A DNA stretch of 64,000 nucleotides from an uncultured delta proteobacterium. GTDB lineage: Bacteria; Desulfobacterota; WTBG01; CAIYCZ01; CAIRTM01. The position numbers and the translations under genes were made by a program. Within the stretch, counting starts at the first letter, position 1; every line of letters starts with the position of its first letter. Location of the stretch: the NCBI GenBank assembly GCA_963804955.1, contig CAWDSQ010000010.1:8570-72569 (forward strand), in the 5' to 3' direction. This document shows, piece by piece, positions 40,371-51,115 of this stretch. Below the pieces are notes generated by a model that made no database searches, had not been told where the DNA came from, and saw nothing but the letters and a program-made list of their open reading frames with translations.

Positions 40371-40757
40371 AATACTAATTTCGCCCTTTCACCATTCTGG
40401 AATTCATGAAACGCTCAAGCAAACCAGCAGGCAGATCAAACGGAAAACTGTCAAGGGGAGGCATGCCCTCATCCTCCCGGACAGAACCAGCGTCTGTAGA
40501 GTTTATTTTAAAGCCATTACCCAAAACAAATCAAGCTGATTGATACGAACTCGCTTTAGGGTGGTACAAATATAGGACGATGGCGATTATGTGTCAATAA
40601 AAAGCAGCCGCACACTATAAACAGGGATTGTCCGTGAAGAAAGCGGTGGGGCTATTAAACAGTGGCGACATGCTGCAACGTATATTACCCAAGCCAATAT
40701 GTGATAAATTTATCCTGACCGCGAGTCCAGCTAATATCGCGTAATGTTGTCTTTTGT

Positions 40758-40798
40758 AAAAAAGGCCTAACCGCTGTATGCAGCAGTTAGGCCCTTTT
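40758..40798. terminator. Probable bidirectional terminator
   Basis: AAAAAA-GGCCTAACCGCTG-TATG-CAGCAGTTAGGCC-CTTTT. Confidence 0.65.
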
Positions 40799-40922
40799 GA
40801 TACCTCACAGGCTTAACACTATCTCTGACGTCTTATTGTAACGCACCTACGTTCTACGTTTCATCTAATCCTCGAAAACAGGAGGCTCCCCACTCTGAGG
40901 CGGGCTGTCCATCTCCACCACA

Positions 40923-42689
40923 TCAGGGCGTTGTATCGCACACATCGCCTATGCCGTCGCCATCAGCGTCAAGCTGAAGGGGATTGGGTGTTATCCAGCA
41001 GTTGTCAGCGGCATCTGCAATACCGTCTCCGTCCGAATCTACCTGGTTCTCACAGACGGGTTGCCCAATGCCGCCACAGAACGGTATTGAATCGCACACA
41101 TCGCCTATGCCGTCGCCATCAGCGTCAAGCTGAAGAGGATTGGAAGTTATCCAGCAGTTATCAGCGGCATCTGCAATACCGTCTCCGTCCGAATCAACCT
41201 GGTTCTCACAGGCAGGTTGCCCAATACCGCCGCAGCCGGGATCTCCGTCGCATACATCACCTATGCCGTCGCTATCGGCGTCGAGCTGAAGGGAATTGGC
41301 CGTTATCCAGCAGTTATCAGCGGCATCTGCAATACCGTCACTGTCCGAATCCAGCTGGTTCTCACAGGCAGGTTGCCCAATGCCGCCGCAGCCGGGGTCT
41401 GTGTCGCATACATCACCTATGCCGTCTCCATCGGCGTCGAGCTGAAGGGAATTGGCCGTTATCCAGCAGTTATCAGCGGCATCTGCAATACCGTCACTGT
41501 CCGAATCCAGCTGGTTCTCACAGACGGGTTGCCCAATACCGCCGCAGCCGGGGTCTGTGTCGCATACATCGCCTATGCCGTCGCTATCGGCGTCGAGCTG
41601 AAGGGAATTGGCAGTTATCCAGCAGTTATCAGCGGCATCTGCAATACTGTCATTGTCAGAATCAACCTGGTTCTCACAGACGGCCTGACCAATGCCGCCG
41701 CAGAAGGGTGTTGAATCGCACACATCGCCTGAGCCGTCATAATCAGCGTCAAGCTGAAGGGGATTGTAAGTGAAAGGGCAGTTATCAACGGCATCCCAAA
41801 CAAGGTCATCATCCGAATCTATTATGAAGACATCACAGACGGGTTGTTCGATGCCGCCGCAGCCGGGGTCTGCATCGCACAAATCGCCTAAGCCGTCGCC
41901 ATCAGCGTCAAGCTGATAGGGGTTGGAAGTGTACGGGCAATTATCAATGTCCTCTCGCAAACCGTCTCCGTCCGTATCAATCTGGTTCTCACATTTGGTC
42001 AGCCCGCAGCCGAGGCCACAGCCGGGTGTTGAATCGCACACATCGCCTATACCGTCGCCATCAGCGTCAAACTGCTTGCGATTGGCAGTGTACAGGCAGT
42101 TATCATAAAAATCAGAATAGCCGTCTCCATCCGTATCAATCTGGTTCTCACAGACAGGCATACCGCAGCCCCCGCAGCCAGGGCCTGCTGTGTCGCACAC
42201 ATCGCCTATACCGTCGCCATCAGCGTCAAGCTGAAGGGGATTGGCCGTTATCCAGCAGTTATCAGCGGCATCTGCAATACCGTCATGGTCAGAATCAACC
42301 TGGTTCTCACAGGCGGGTTGTCCAAGGCCGCCACAGCCGGGTGTTGAATCGCACACATCGCCTATGCCGTCGCCATCAGCGTCAATCTGAAAGCGATTGG
42401 CAGTGAACATGCAGTTATCCAATGCATCAGCATAGCCGTCATTGTCAGAATCAACCTGGTTCTCACAGACGGGCAGCCCGGGGACCCCGCAGCCGGCTGG
42501 GGGGTCGCATACATCACCTCTGCCGTCGCCATCAGCGTCAAGCTGAAGGGGATTGAAAGTGAGCGGGCAGTTATCAGCGGCATCTAAAACGCCGTCACTA
42601 TCTGTATCAATCGGCGTCTGTGCCCCCAAGGGCCGAGCAAAGCACATTACTGCCAAAACAACCAAAAGAAATACTGCGTTTTTTTTCAT
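40923..42689 (-). CDS. Secreted protein of ~11 tandem 52-53-aa thrombospondin-type-3-like Ca-binding/Cys repeats
   Basis: GGAGG RBS and signal peptide, then [51 protein letters not shown] repeated at a 156-159 bp period. Confidence 0.9.
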   Translation of the reverse strand: MKKNAVFLLVVLAVMCFARPLGAQTPIDTDSDGVLDAADNCPLTFNPLQLDADGDGRGDVCDPPAGCGVPGLPVCENQVDSDNDGYADALDNCMFTANRFQIDADGDGIGDVCDSTPGCGGLGQPACENQVDSDHDGIADAADNCWITANPLQLDADGDGIGDVCDTAGPGCGGCGMPVCENQIDTDGDGYSDFYDNCLYTANRKQFDADGDGIGDVCDSTPGCGLGCGLTKCENQIDTDGDGLREDIDNCPYTSNPYQLDADGDGLGDLCDADPGCGGIEQPVCDVFIIDSDDDLVWDAVDNCPFTYNPLQLDADYDGSGDVCDSTPFCGGIGQAVCENQVDSDNDSIADAADNCWITANSLQLDADSDGIGDVCDTDPGCGGIGQPVCENQLDSDSDGIADAADNCWITANSLQLDADGDGIGDVCDTDPGCGGIGQPACENQLDSDSDGIADAADNCWITANSLQLDADSDGIGDVCDGDPGCGGIGQPACENQVDSDGDGIADAADNCWITSNPLQLDADGDGIGDVCDSIPFCGGIGQPVCENQVDSDGDGIADAADNCWITPNPLQLDADGDGIGDVCDTTP

Positions 42690-43380
42690 GCTTCTCCTCC
42701 CTCATAAATAGTGTTTTTACATCAACAGACGAACCCCTTTACCCTTAAGAATTTTTTAAATAATGAATATTCGATAGTTGTTTTTATTTTATTAGAAAAT
42801 ATCCTTGACCAATAAAATACAAAAATTAAGAGGAAGTTAATGCGGCATTCCTCCACTGCCGTATGAGCTTAAATTTAAAGAGCGTATGCTGCTTCATGCA
42901 GTATGCGCTTTAAGTTTATGAAAACTGAAAAGCAGCAGCTTTGTATCTTGTTTACTGAATGGCATCCCCCTTTTTTTGAAAGTTTTTTTAGCCGTATATT
43001 CTTTGCTCTATAAGTTTATTTTAATAGCCCATATTAAAAGATATAACCATAGCCCTATGGGCTATTTTTAAAGCACTTTAGTGCCTTTGCTCTGAATATG
43101 AACAGGAAAGAGAAGATATGCGTAGCACAACATCTTGTGCCCCTGCATGACCGACCCAAAAATTTACATTACGGCTCTCTATACGGGCTGCGGATCATTT
43201 CGTAATTAATTCCATATTATCAGAAGAAACTTCTTCTGCCGGATTATGTTCAAATAACCTATATGCGTACAAAATTAAGTTCAGACTGTTGCAGTTTTAA
43301 GGTGTTGACAGGCAATTGTGCAATGCCTATACTGTGCACATTTTAAGCCATTGACCAAACACCATCTCATATGTCAAATT

Positions 43381-44241
43381 ATGCCGCTCAGCATTGTCGT
43401 TCTCATCAAGCAGGTGCCTGACACTACGGCCGTTACCACGCAGGCCATGAAGGATGACGGCACGCTCAACCGCTCGGCCCTGCCGGCGGTCTTCAACCCT
43501 GAAGACATGAACGCCCTTGAAATGGCCCTTAATCTCAAGGAGCGCTTCGGCTCTTCGGTTACGGTGCTCACCATGGGCCCGTCCCATGCCGCCGAGGTGC
43601 TGCGCGAGGCGCTCTATATGGGCGCGGACCGGGCGGTTTTGCTCACCGACCGGCTGTTTGCAGGATCAGACACTCTTGCAACATCTTTTGTGCTCAGCCA
43701 GGCCATCCGGCATCTCGGAGCTGCCGATCTTATTCTGTGCGGACGTGAGGCCATCGACGGCAATACGGCGCAGGTGGGGCCGCAGGTGGCCGACAAGCTC
43801 GACATGAACCAGATAACCTATGTCGATCTGATCGAGCAGATCGATGCCTCGAAATGCTCCTGCTGGCATGAAGTCGAGGAGGGGCGCGAACTTGTGGAGT
43901 CCAAGCTTCCGGTGCTGCTGACCGTGACCGCGGCCGCCAATACGCCGCGCCCGTTTTCAGCCAGGCGGATTATGCGCTATAAAAACGCCAAAGCACCCGC
44001 AGAATGCGCCCCCGGCACAGCCCGGGACGAGCTTGCCCGCCGCGGTCTGCTGATTGAAGAGTGGGGCGCCGGGACCATCGGCGTCGATGCGGCGCAGTGC
44101 GGCCTTGCCGGCTCCCCGACGCGCGTTCAAAAGATTGAGAGCGTGGTGCTTGCAGGCAGAGAGTTTAAAAAATTTGAGCCTGATGACGGCGGCATACGCG
44201 CACTGCTTGAAGAGCTCATAGCAGACTATACCTTTGACTGA
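43381..44241 (+). CDS. etfB: Electron transfer flavoprotein beta subunit
   Basis: IKQVPDT, DRLFAGSDTLATS, AIDGNTAQVGPQVA and GLAGSPTRV motifs. Confidence 0.93.
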   Translation: MPLSIVVLIKQVPDTTAVTTQAMKDDGTLNRSALPAVFNPEDMNALEMALNLKERFGSSVTVLTMGPSHAAEVLREALYMGADRAVLLTDRLFAGSDTLATSFVLSQAIRHLGAADLILCGREAIDGNTAQVGPQVADKLDMNQITYVDLIEQIDASKCSCWHEVEEGRELVESKLPVLLTVTAAANTPRPFSARRIMRYKNAKAPAECAPGTARDELARRGLLIEEWGAGTIGVDAAQCGLAGSPTRVQKIESVVLAGREFKKFEPDDGGIRALLEELIADYTFD

Positions 44242-44254
44242 CAGAGCGTATTTC

Positions 44255-45277
44255 ATGGAGCAGAACGGCGAAGTCTGGGTTTATATTCAGCATCAGGGCA
44301 GGGACGTGGTGGAGCCTTCGCTTGAGGTGCTCGGCAAAGCCTGCGAGCTGGCAGCTGCCTTAAAAGTCAGCGTAGTCGGCGTACTGGTGGGCGATAAGGT
44401 TGATGTGCTTGCCGAAAAAGTGCTCATGTACGGCGCACAGAAGGCCTATGTGCTGCAGTCGCGCCATCTTGAGACCTATTCCTCTGCGATCTATGCAAAG
44501 GCCCTGTGCAAGCTCATTCGCAGCAAGCGGCCGTCGATCTTTCTCACGGCAGCAACGCTGCAGGGCCGGGATCTTGCGCCCCGCATCGCATCAGCCCTTC
44601 GCGTGGGGCTGACCGCCGACTGCACCGACCTGCAGATCGGCTCCCACACCGACCACAAAACCCGGAAAGACTATACTGATATTCTGCTGCAGATCCGTCC
44701 GGCCTGGGGCGGCAATATTATTGCAACCATCGTCAGCCCCGAAACGCGGCCCCAGATGGCAACCATCCGCGAGGGCATCATGAAAATGCCCGAGCCCGTG
44801 CGCTCGTCACGGGGCGATATTCTGCATATCCCTCCCGACGTGCAGGCCGATGACATTAAGACCACGGTGCTCAAGCGCATACCGACCCCGCGCAGGGTCA
44901 ATCTCAAAGCAGCCGGTATTATCGTGGCGGGAGGCGCGGGCATGGGCACCAGAGAAAACTTCGATCTGCTGCGGCAGCTCGCTCATGCGCTCGGGGGCGA
45001 GGTGGCTGCCACGCGTGCGGCCGTCGACGCCGGCTTCATCGACCATGACTACCAGGTCGGCCAGACCGGCATCAGCGTCCGGCCCAAGCTCTATATCGCC
45101 TGCGGCATATCAGGCGCCGTGCAGCACCTGGCGGGCATGCAGGAGTCGGCCAAAATCATCGCCGTGAATACCGATCCCGATGCGCCCATTTTCAGCGTTG
45201 CCCACTACGGCATTATCGGCGATGCAAAAGAAGTCGTGCCGAAACTCATAAACACCTACCGGCATTTGAGCCACTGA
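44255..45277 (+). CDS. etfA: Electron transfer flavoprotein alpha subunit
   Basis: GLTADCTDL, RPQMATIR, QVGQTG and GISGAVQHLAGM motifs. Confidence 0.93.
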   Translation: MEQNGEVWVYIQHQGRDVVEPSLEVLGKACELAAALKVSVVGVLVGDKVDVLAEKVLMYGAQKAYVLQSRHLETYSSAIYAKALCKLIRSKRPSIFLTAATLQGRDLAPRIASALRVGLTADCTDLQIGSHTDHKTRKDYTDILLQIRPAWGGNIIATIVSPETRPQMATIREGIMKMPEPVRSSRGDILHIPPDVQADDIKTTVLKRIPTPRRVNLKAAGIIVAGGAGMGTRENFDLLRQLAHALGGEVAATRAAVDAGFIDHDYQVGQTGISVRPKLYIACGISGAVQHLAGMQESAKIIAVNTDPDAPIFSVAHYGIIGDAKEVVPKLINTYRHLSH

Positions 45278-45284
45278 GAGCGCC

Positions 45285-47007
45285 ATGAACTTTTTTACCG
45301 ACAACCAGGACCTCTCCTTTATTTTTGAGAACTGCCGATCTCGACGCCATAATCTCGCGGTATGAAGACGGCTTCAGCGAGCATGACCGCTTCGACTATG
45401 CTCCGGCAGACCCTGCCGATGCCCGCGACAGCTACCGCCGGGTGCTCGCTCTGGCAGGCGATATCGCAGCCCGTATTGTGGCGCCTTTGAGCAAGGCCCT
45501 TGACGATGAGCATACCACCATCAGCGGCGGCGCAACCGTGTACAGCCCGGCCCTTGCCCGGTGCGTGCAGGCGCTCAACCAGGCCGAGCTCATGGGCTGC
45601 TGCATCTCGCGCGCCTATGGCGGTCTGAACCTCCCGACCTTTGTTTTCACCATGCTCGTTGAAATTATTTCCCGGGCCGACGCGGGCCTTCAGAATGTGT
45701 TCGGGCTGCAGGGCATTGCCGGCATCATTGAGACATATGCCGGCCCGGAGCTGAAGGAGAAATATCTGCCCCTGTTTGCGCAGGGCCGGGTGACGGGAGC
45801 CATGGCCCTCACGGAAGAAGAGGCAGGCAGCGATCTGCAGAATGTCAAAATGCGGGCCACCGGGCAGCCCGACGGCTCGTGGCTCCTAAACGGCGTCAAG
45901 CGGTTCATCACCAATGGCGGCGCCGAGGTGCTGCTGGTGCTTGCGCGCTCCGAGGCCGGAACGACCGACGGCCTCGGCCTGAGCCTTTTTCTGTGCGAGG
46001 CCGGCCCTGCCATAACCGTGCGCAGGCTTGAGGACAAGCTGGGCATTCACAGCTCTCCAACCTGCGAGCTTGTTTTTCATGACGCGCCCGCTTTTTTGAT
46101 CGGCGACCGGCAGCGGGGCCTGATGACCTATGTGCTTTCGCTGCTCAACGGCGCGCGGCTCGCCACTGCCGCCCAGTCCGTGGGCATTGCGCAGGCCGCC
46201 TTCAACGAGGCCCTGGCCTATGCCCGGCTGCGCAAACAGTATGGCCGGCGCATCGAGCTGCTGCCCGCCGTTGCCGCCATGCTGGTCGACATGCGGATGG
46301 ATATTGAAGCCTCCCGTGCCCTTACCTGCGAAACGGCCCGCATGATGGACTTATCGATCGCAACCGAAAAGCGCCTTGCCGCTGCGAATCTGGCGGCTGA
46401 TGAAAAAAAGCAGCTCAAAAAGGATGCCAAGCGCTATGAGCGCAGCCTGATGCTGCTGACCTCGCTTGCCAAATATTACTGCTCCGAGATGAGCGTCAGC
46501 GTCACCAGCACGGCCATACAGGTGCTTGGCGGCAGCGGCTACATGCGCGACTACCCGGTTGAAAAATACTACCGCGACGCCCGCATCACAACCATTTATG
46601 AGGGCACCTCGCAGCTGCAGGTCATGAGCGCATTCCGCGGCATACTGAGCGGCACCATGGAGAAGTATTTCGAAGAATGCGCCGCGGCGGAGTTTGCCCC
46701 GCTTCAGGCGGCTCTTGCCGAAATCCTGCGCCGCGACCGTGAGCTTCTGCGGCAGTCGGTCGAGCTGCTGAACGCTGCAACGGACAGCCGGCTCATGGAT
46801 CTGTGCAGCCGGGACCTGGTCGATATGGCCTGCGATATAACCATGGGCTATCTGCTCCTGCATCAGTCGGCGGCCTCATCGCGCAAGCTGAAGATGGCCA
46901 GGCTTTTCATCACCGGCCGGGAGCAGTGCATAAAAATGCGGGCCGGGCGGATACAATCGGCCGATACGCTGCTTCTGCAGGACTATGCCGAGCTTATGGG
47001 TTCGTGA
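45285..47007 (+). CDS. Acyl-CoA dehydrogenase (long type); frameshift near 45320
   Basis: Start MNFFTDNQDL at 45285; MALTEEEAGSDL, NGVKRFITNG, KLGIHSSPTCEL and YRDARITTIYEGTSQLQ motifs. Confidence 0.92.
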
Positions 47008-47113
47008 CAGCAGGTACACACGCTGGCTTGCGCCGTCTGCAGGCATTCTATAAAGAAATTGACGGGATTATTAAACTTATATATTGTTTTACCGTCAATC
47101 AACCGGAGGGCGT

Positions 47114-47476
47114 ATGGCAGATAACAAGACAGGATCTGCGGCTGAACCTGTCCGCATCGAGATCATGTTCAAGGAGTATGGATCTTTTATCAAGGTCTAT
47201 ATCCCCAACATTACCAATGGCGGGCTCTTTATTCGCACCGATAATCCCCTGCCGATAGATGCGCCTGTCCGGCTGCGCATGCGGCTGCCGGAAGAGACGA
47301 AAGATATTGAAATTGACGGCAGAGTGGTATGGTCCTTTGCCCGGGGCAACAAAAAAGCTTTTCTGCCCAAGGGCATGGGCATTCAGTTTCTCAACATGAG
47401 CCCTGAATATGCCGAGAAGATTAAAAAAATAGCGGATCGATTCCGGAGCGAAATCGAGAGATCTTCTATACTGTAA
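47114..47476 (+). CDS. PilZ-domain protein
   Basis: GGAGG RBS; NITNGGLFIRT, GRVVW and GMGIQF motifs. Confidence 0.85.
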   Translation: MADNKTGSAAEPVRIEIMFKEYGSFIKVYIPNITNGGLFIRTDNPLPIDAPVRLRMRLPEETKDIEIDGRVVWSFARGNKKAFLPKGMGIQFLNMSPEYAEKIKKIADRFRSEIERSSIL

Positions 47477-47665
47477 GCGCCCGCTGGCCCGGCGCCTCGG
47501 CAGACCGCTTCTGTCCAGCTCCTTGAGCACAAACGGGTCCTCCCCGGAACATGCCGGCACAGCATATCATGGCCGGTCGGCCAGCCCCCGCATTTTTATG
47601 ACAGGGCTGAAATATTCAGCAAAAAAGCATAGTCGCATGGCTCGCAGACAGCAGGAACCACAGGT

Positions 47666-48205
47666 ATGAAACTTGCAGCAATTTGTGTTCTGGCAGCCGT
47701 GTTGTTGTGTGCTGCCACTGCAAAGGCGGAAACAGCCCGGTCTCCATCAGCAGAGCCAAGACAAGTTCCGCCCCCACATGCCATGGGCATTACGGGAATC
47801 GTGTGGCCCATTGTTTCCTATCTTCCCAACAGGGTTTTTGACCTGCTGGATATAGTGCGGCTGAGAGTCCGCGTGGGTCCCGGCTGGTCGGCCGGCGTTC
47901 GGGCTACGGAGTTTGCCGATGTTTTTGCCGGCAGCCATTCTACGGTGTATGCAGGCCTTCGAGGCAGCCGCGGCAGAGGGTGGGGGGTTCCCTGGCCCTT
48001 CGGCATTGAAAACCATGGCGGCGTGGAGGTAAGCGTTGTTGATTTAACTAACCATGGTCCTTTGGCTCCCGTGGTCGATCCCCTGGAAATCGGGTTCGAA
48101 GCGCAGGCGGGATTCCTCGGGATCTATCCCGCGCTGGAAGTGTATGAAATGCTTGATTTCATCACGGGCTTTATTTTCCTCGATATACGCGGGGATGATT
48201 TCTGA
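47666..48205 (+). CDS. Hypothetical exported protein
   Basis: Signal peptide ending AKA; intact ORF. Confidence 0.65.
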   Translation: MKLAAICVLAAVLLCAATAKAETARSPSAEPRQVPPPHAMGITGIVWPIVSYLPNRVFDLLDIVRLRVRVGPGWSAGVRATEFADVFAGSHSTVYAGLRGSRGRGWGVPWPFGIENHGGVEVSVVDLTNHGPLAPVVDPLEIGFEAQAGFLGIYPALEVYEMLDFITGFIFLDIRGDDF

Positions 48206-48289
48206 GCCGGACGCAACAAAAAGTATTGCAATCGGCAAGTAATAGATTATATTTTATTAAAGTAATAAAAACTGCAGGCGCGAAAAATT

Positions 48290-48544
48290 ATGCACATCTT
48301 TAAAATTATCTGCCTATTGATCCTTTTAGTGCTTGTCGCTCTCTTCACGTTTCAGAATACGGCGGTGGCGGAGGTGCGGTTTCTTATGTGGACCTTTTCC
48401 ATGTACGTTTCGCTGATGCTGCTGTCATCGCTTTTTTCCGGTATTGTGATCGGACTGTTTCTTTCATTTTTGAATACCTGGCAAAAAAAACGCAGGGAGA
48501 AAAATCCGGGCCTGACCGGGGCTTCGTTCCCTGGGGCTCACTAG
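48290..48544 (+). CDS. LapA-family small membrane protein
   Basis: TM-FTFQNT-VEVRFL-TM-basic tail pattern. Confidence 0.75.
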   Translation: MHIFKIICLLILLVLVALFTFQNTAVAEVRFLMWTFSMYVSLMLLSSLFSGIVIGLFLSFLNTWQKKRREKNPGLTGASFPGAH

Positions 48545-48577
48545 ATACGAACCCTTTTATATGAAAGGAGTAGCATT

Positions 48578-48829
48578 ATGAATGTTCTGGCTCTACTTAT
48601 TTCCATAGCCGCTCTCATTGTGGCCATCATTGCCTATCAGCGAAGCGGGGGGTCCATCGAAGAAATGAAAAAAAGGGTCGAAGAGCTGGGGATAACCACG
48701 GAGAGTATGCGCACCAAAACAGCCGACCTGCTCAACTCTTTTGAAAAAAAGCTGCGGGGCGAAGACAAGCCTTCCGGAGACCCGTCATACGACCAGAAAG
48801 ACGAGCCGCCGAAGGATAACGCCTGCTAG
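48578..48829 (+). CDS. Small single-TM hypothetical protein
   Basis: AAGGAG RBS, N-terminal TM helix, coiled coil. Confidence 0.65.
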   Translation: MNVLALLISIAALIVAIIAYQRSGGSIEEMKKRVEELGITTESMRTKTADLLNSFEKKLRGEDKPSGDPSYDQKDEPPKDNAC

Positions 48830-48849
48830 TCTTCCGCAGGAATGCCTGC

Positions 48850-48887
48850 GCGCCTGAAGAGCGGTACAGCCTTCAGGCGCTTTTTTT
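48850..48887 (+). terminator. Rho-independent terminator
   Basis: GCGCCTGAAG...CTTCAGGCGC-TTTTTTT. Confidence 0.75.
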
Positions 48888-48948
48888 ATTGTGTGATCGA
48901 GACATGCTGCCCTGGAGGATTTTTGAACAGACGTTTCCCGGCTGACGC

Positions 48949-49878
48949 ATGTCCGTGCGAAGTGTTTCCGCTATGCACTGGACGATAGACCTTGCCGATT
49001 TTTTTCTGCGCACCCGTATACTCGGGCAGCGCATTCCCCTGCTTGCAAGCTTTAAGCTGACCTACCGCTGCAACCTTGCCTGCCGCGCATGCCCCTTCCA
49101 TCGGCGGGCCGGCGAGCCGGACGGGCATATGGGCTGGGGCACTGCAGTCCGCTGCCTGCACGAGCTTTCCCGGTCGGGCTGCCGCATGATTGTTTTCGAG
49201 GGGGGCGAGCCGCTGCTGTGGCGCGATGGCGACCGCAGGGTTGATGATCTCATGGAGCTTGCAAAAAAACTTTTTTTGCGCGTTGGCGTAACCACCAACG
49301 GTACCCTGGGCCTGGACCTGCCCGCCCATGTCGTGTGGGTGAGCATAGACGGGCTCCCCGAAACGCATGACCGCCTGCGAAGCTCCTCATTTGCCGGAAT
49401 CAGGCGCAATCTTCTGCAGGCGAGGCATGGCAAGATTTTTGTTCACCACACCATCAATCGTGAAAACCGGCACGAGCTCAAAGGGCTTCTGGACCTGCTG
49501 GCAGATATCCCCTCCGTGCGCGGTCTTACCCTGCAGCTGTTTTATCCCTACGGGCAGGGTGAAGACCAGCTCGGCCTCACGGAATACGAGCGCCGCGAAG
49601 CTATCGAAACAGCTATTGCGCTCAAGCGGCAGGGCTATCCGATTTTGAACTCAACCGGCAGGCTGCGCGGCATGATCGACAATACCTGGACCTGCCGCGA
49701 TACTATTCTTGTCAATGTCGACCCCGACGGCACGATCACGCAGGGGTGCTATGCAAAAAGCCGCGGAGCGGTACGCTGCACCCACTGCGGGTTTACGCCC
49801 GTTGCCGAGGCTGTGGGCGCCCTTGAGCTGCGGCCGGGTTCGATTATTGCCGGATGGCGGACATTTATCAGCAGATGA
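48949..49878 (+). CDS. Radical SAM protein with C-terminal Cys cluster
   Basis: CNLACRAC, FEGGEPLL, TTNGT and WVSIDG motifs; C-terminal C...CTHCG. Confidence 0.9.
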   Translation: MSVRSVSAMHWTIDLADFFLRTRILGQRIPLLASFKLTYRCNLACRACPFHRRAGEPDGHMGWGTAVRCLHELSRSGCRMIVFEGGEPLLWRDGDRRVDDLMELAKKLFLRVGVTTNGTLGLDLPAHVVWVSIDGLPETHDRLRSSSFAGIRRNLLQARHGKIFVHHTINRENRHELKGLLDLLADIPSVRGLTLQLFYPYGQGEDQLGLTEYERREAIETAIALKRQGYPILNSTGRLRGMIDNTWTCRDTILVNVDPDGTITQGCYAKSRGAVRCTHCGFTPVAEAVGALELRPGSIIAGWRTFISR

Positions 49879-50025
49879 AGGCCACAGATCATGCGCCGTT
49901 TCTGCTGCATGTGGCTCTAAAGATCATGCATGCCTGGTATGGTAATCAAAAGAAAAAATTCAATTCGATACTGTCACATGCCCGCATGATGCAGCAGTGG
50001 TCAAAGTCCCGCTGCTGCCATGCTC

Positions 50026-50991
50026 TTAAACAGCTGTTCCGCAATCACCGGATGGCGCCTTCACTGCCCGGCCGGCGCTGGTGATGATCAGGCTTAATCC
50101 CGCCAGGAGCAGGGGCAGCGCGATCAGCGCAGCGCCCGTACTCAGCACATAATAGCGGCCCCCGGCTGCCCGCGGCCGCCATGAACCGGCTATGCCGGGT
50201 TTTCGCTCAAGAAACAGCACGGTTCGGTCAGCCTGTCTCAGAAGGCCGCCCGGTGGAATATTCTGTGTGGTTGTAAAATGAAGCATGCCGGCAAGCCAGA
50301 GAGCGGCAGCACAGGCAGTGCCTGCAACGGCGAAAATTATCTCCGGCCGGCCGGTACGGCCAATACTGCCTGACAGGAAGCCGCTGCGCTGCCCGGCAGA
50401 AGTTTTCAGGCAAACATCGCCATAGCGCAGAAGCAATCCGGCTGCCGCGCCCAGCACGTTCAGCACGGTATCGTTCCAGTCAAAATAGATGCTGTAGGGG
50501 CTGCGCAGAAAAAAATACTGGTTCAGCTCATCGCCCAGGCCCAGCACCGCCGTCCAGAAGAGCATGCGGGTAAGCTGCCTGCCCTGTGCGTCAGGGTCCG
50601 TGCAGCGGGCAAGCAGCACGGCCAGTATGGCATACTGAGGGATATGCGCCAGCTCATTGAATGTGCAGACAAGCAGAAAACAGATTGCTGCGGTCGCCGC
50701 GGCCCAGCATGTCCAGGCTGCCGCCAGCCGTCGACTGATTTTGCCGCTCGCAGCGCCCGCCACAAGCCAGATGCCGAGGGCTGCGGCAAGCCCTGCCATG
50801 AGCCTGCCCGTATGGTGTGAAATGGTTGTGCTGCCGCTCGGAAAAGCAAAAGGGCTTGTAATGAGCCGGGTCATCTTAATATGGAGGCCCGTAATGACGA
50901 AATACCAGGAAACGAGGGCTATCCACCCAAAAAATCTTTCGGCTTTTTTTAGCCGCAGCAGGGGGCTGAGCTGGCGCAGGTTCGGGGTCAT
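50026..50991 (-). CDS. Multi-TM membrane protein, VanZ-like
   Basis: ELAHIPQYAILA, GLGDELNQYF and FDWNDTVLNVLG motifs. Confidence 0.7.
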   Translation of the reverse strand: MTPNLRQLSPLLRLKKAERFFGWIALVSWYFVITGLHIKMTRLITSPFAFPSGSTTISHHTGRLMAGLAAALGIWLVAGAASGKISRRLAAAWTCWAAATAAICFLLVCTFNELAHIPQYAILAVLLARCTDPDAQGRQLTRMLFWTAVLGLGDELNQYFFLRSPYSIYFDWNDTVLNVLGAAAGLLLRYGDVCLKTSAGQRSGFLSGSIGRTGRPEIIFAVAGTACAAALWLAGMLHFTTTQNIPPGGLLRQADRTVLFLERKPGIAGSWRPRAAGGRYYVLSTGAALIALPLLLAGLSLIITSAGRAVKAPSGDCGTAV

Positions 50992-51115
50992 TATCGGCCT
51001 TTGACCAAATATGTCAGATTAAGGAAAAACTGTTGAGTAAAAATATTTTTTATATAATGATTATACAATACAACAGTCGATTATGCCACAGTAGCCTGCA
51101 TCAGGTGCGCAGCAT

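Noticed and set aside
40923..42610. 156-bp tandem repeats as a non-coding array
   Set aside because: They keep frame and encode a signal-peptide protein with synonymous variation.
42745..42840. TTAA pairs 11 bp apart upstream of the repeat gene as another Pho box
   Set aside because: Only two units each in very AT-rich DNA and no -10 box at the 15-nt offset; chance is likely.
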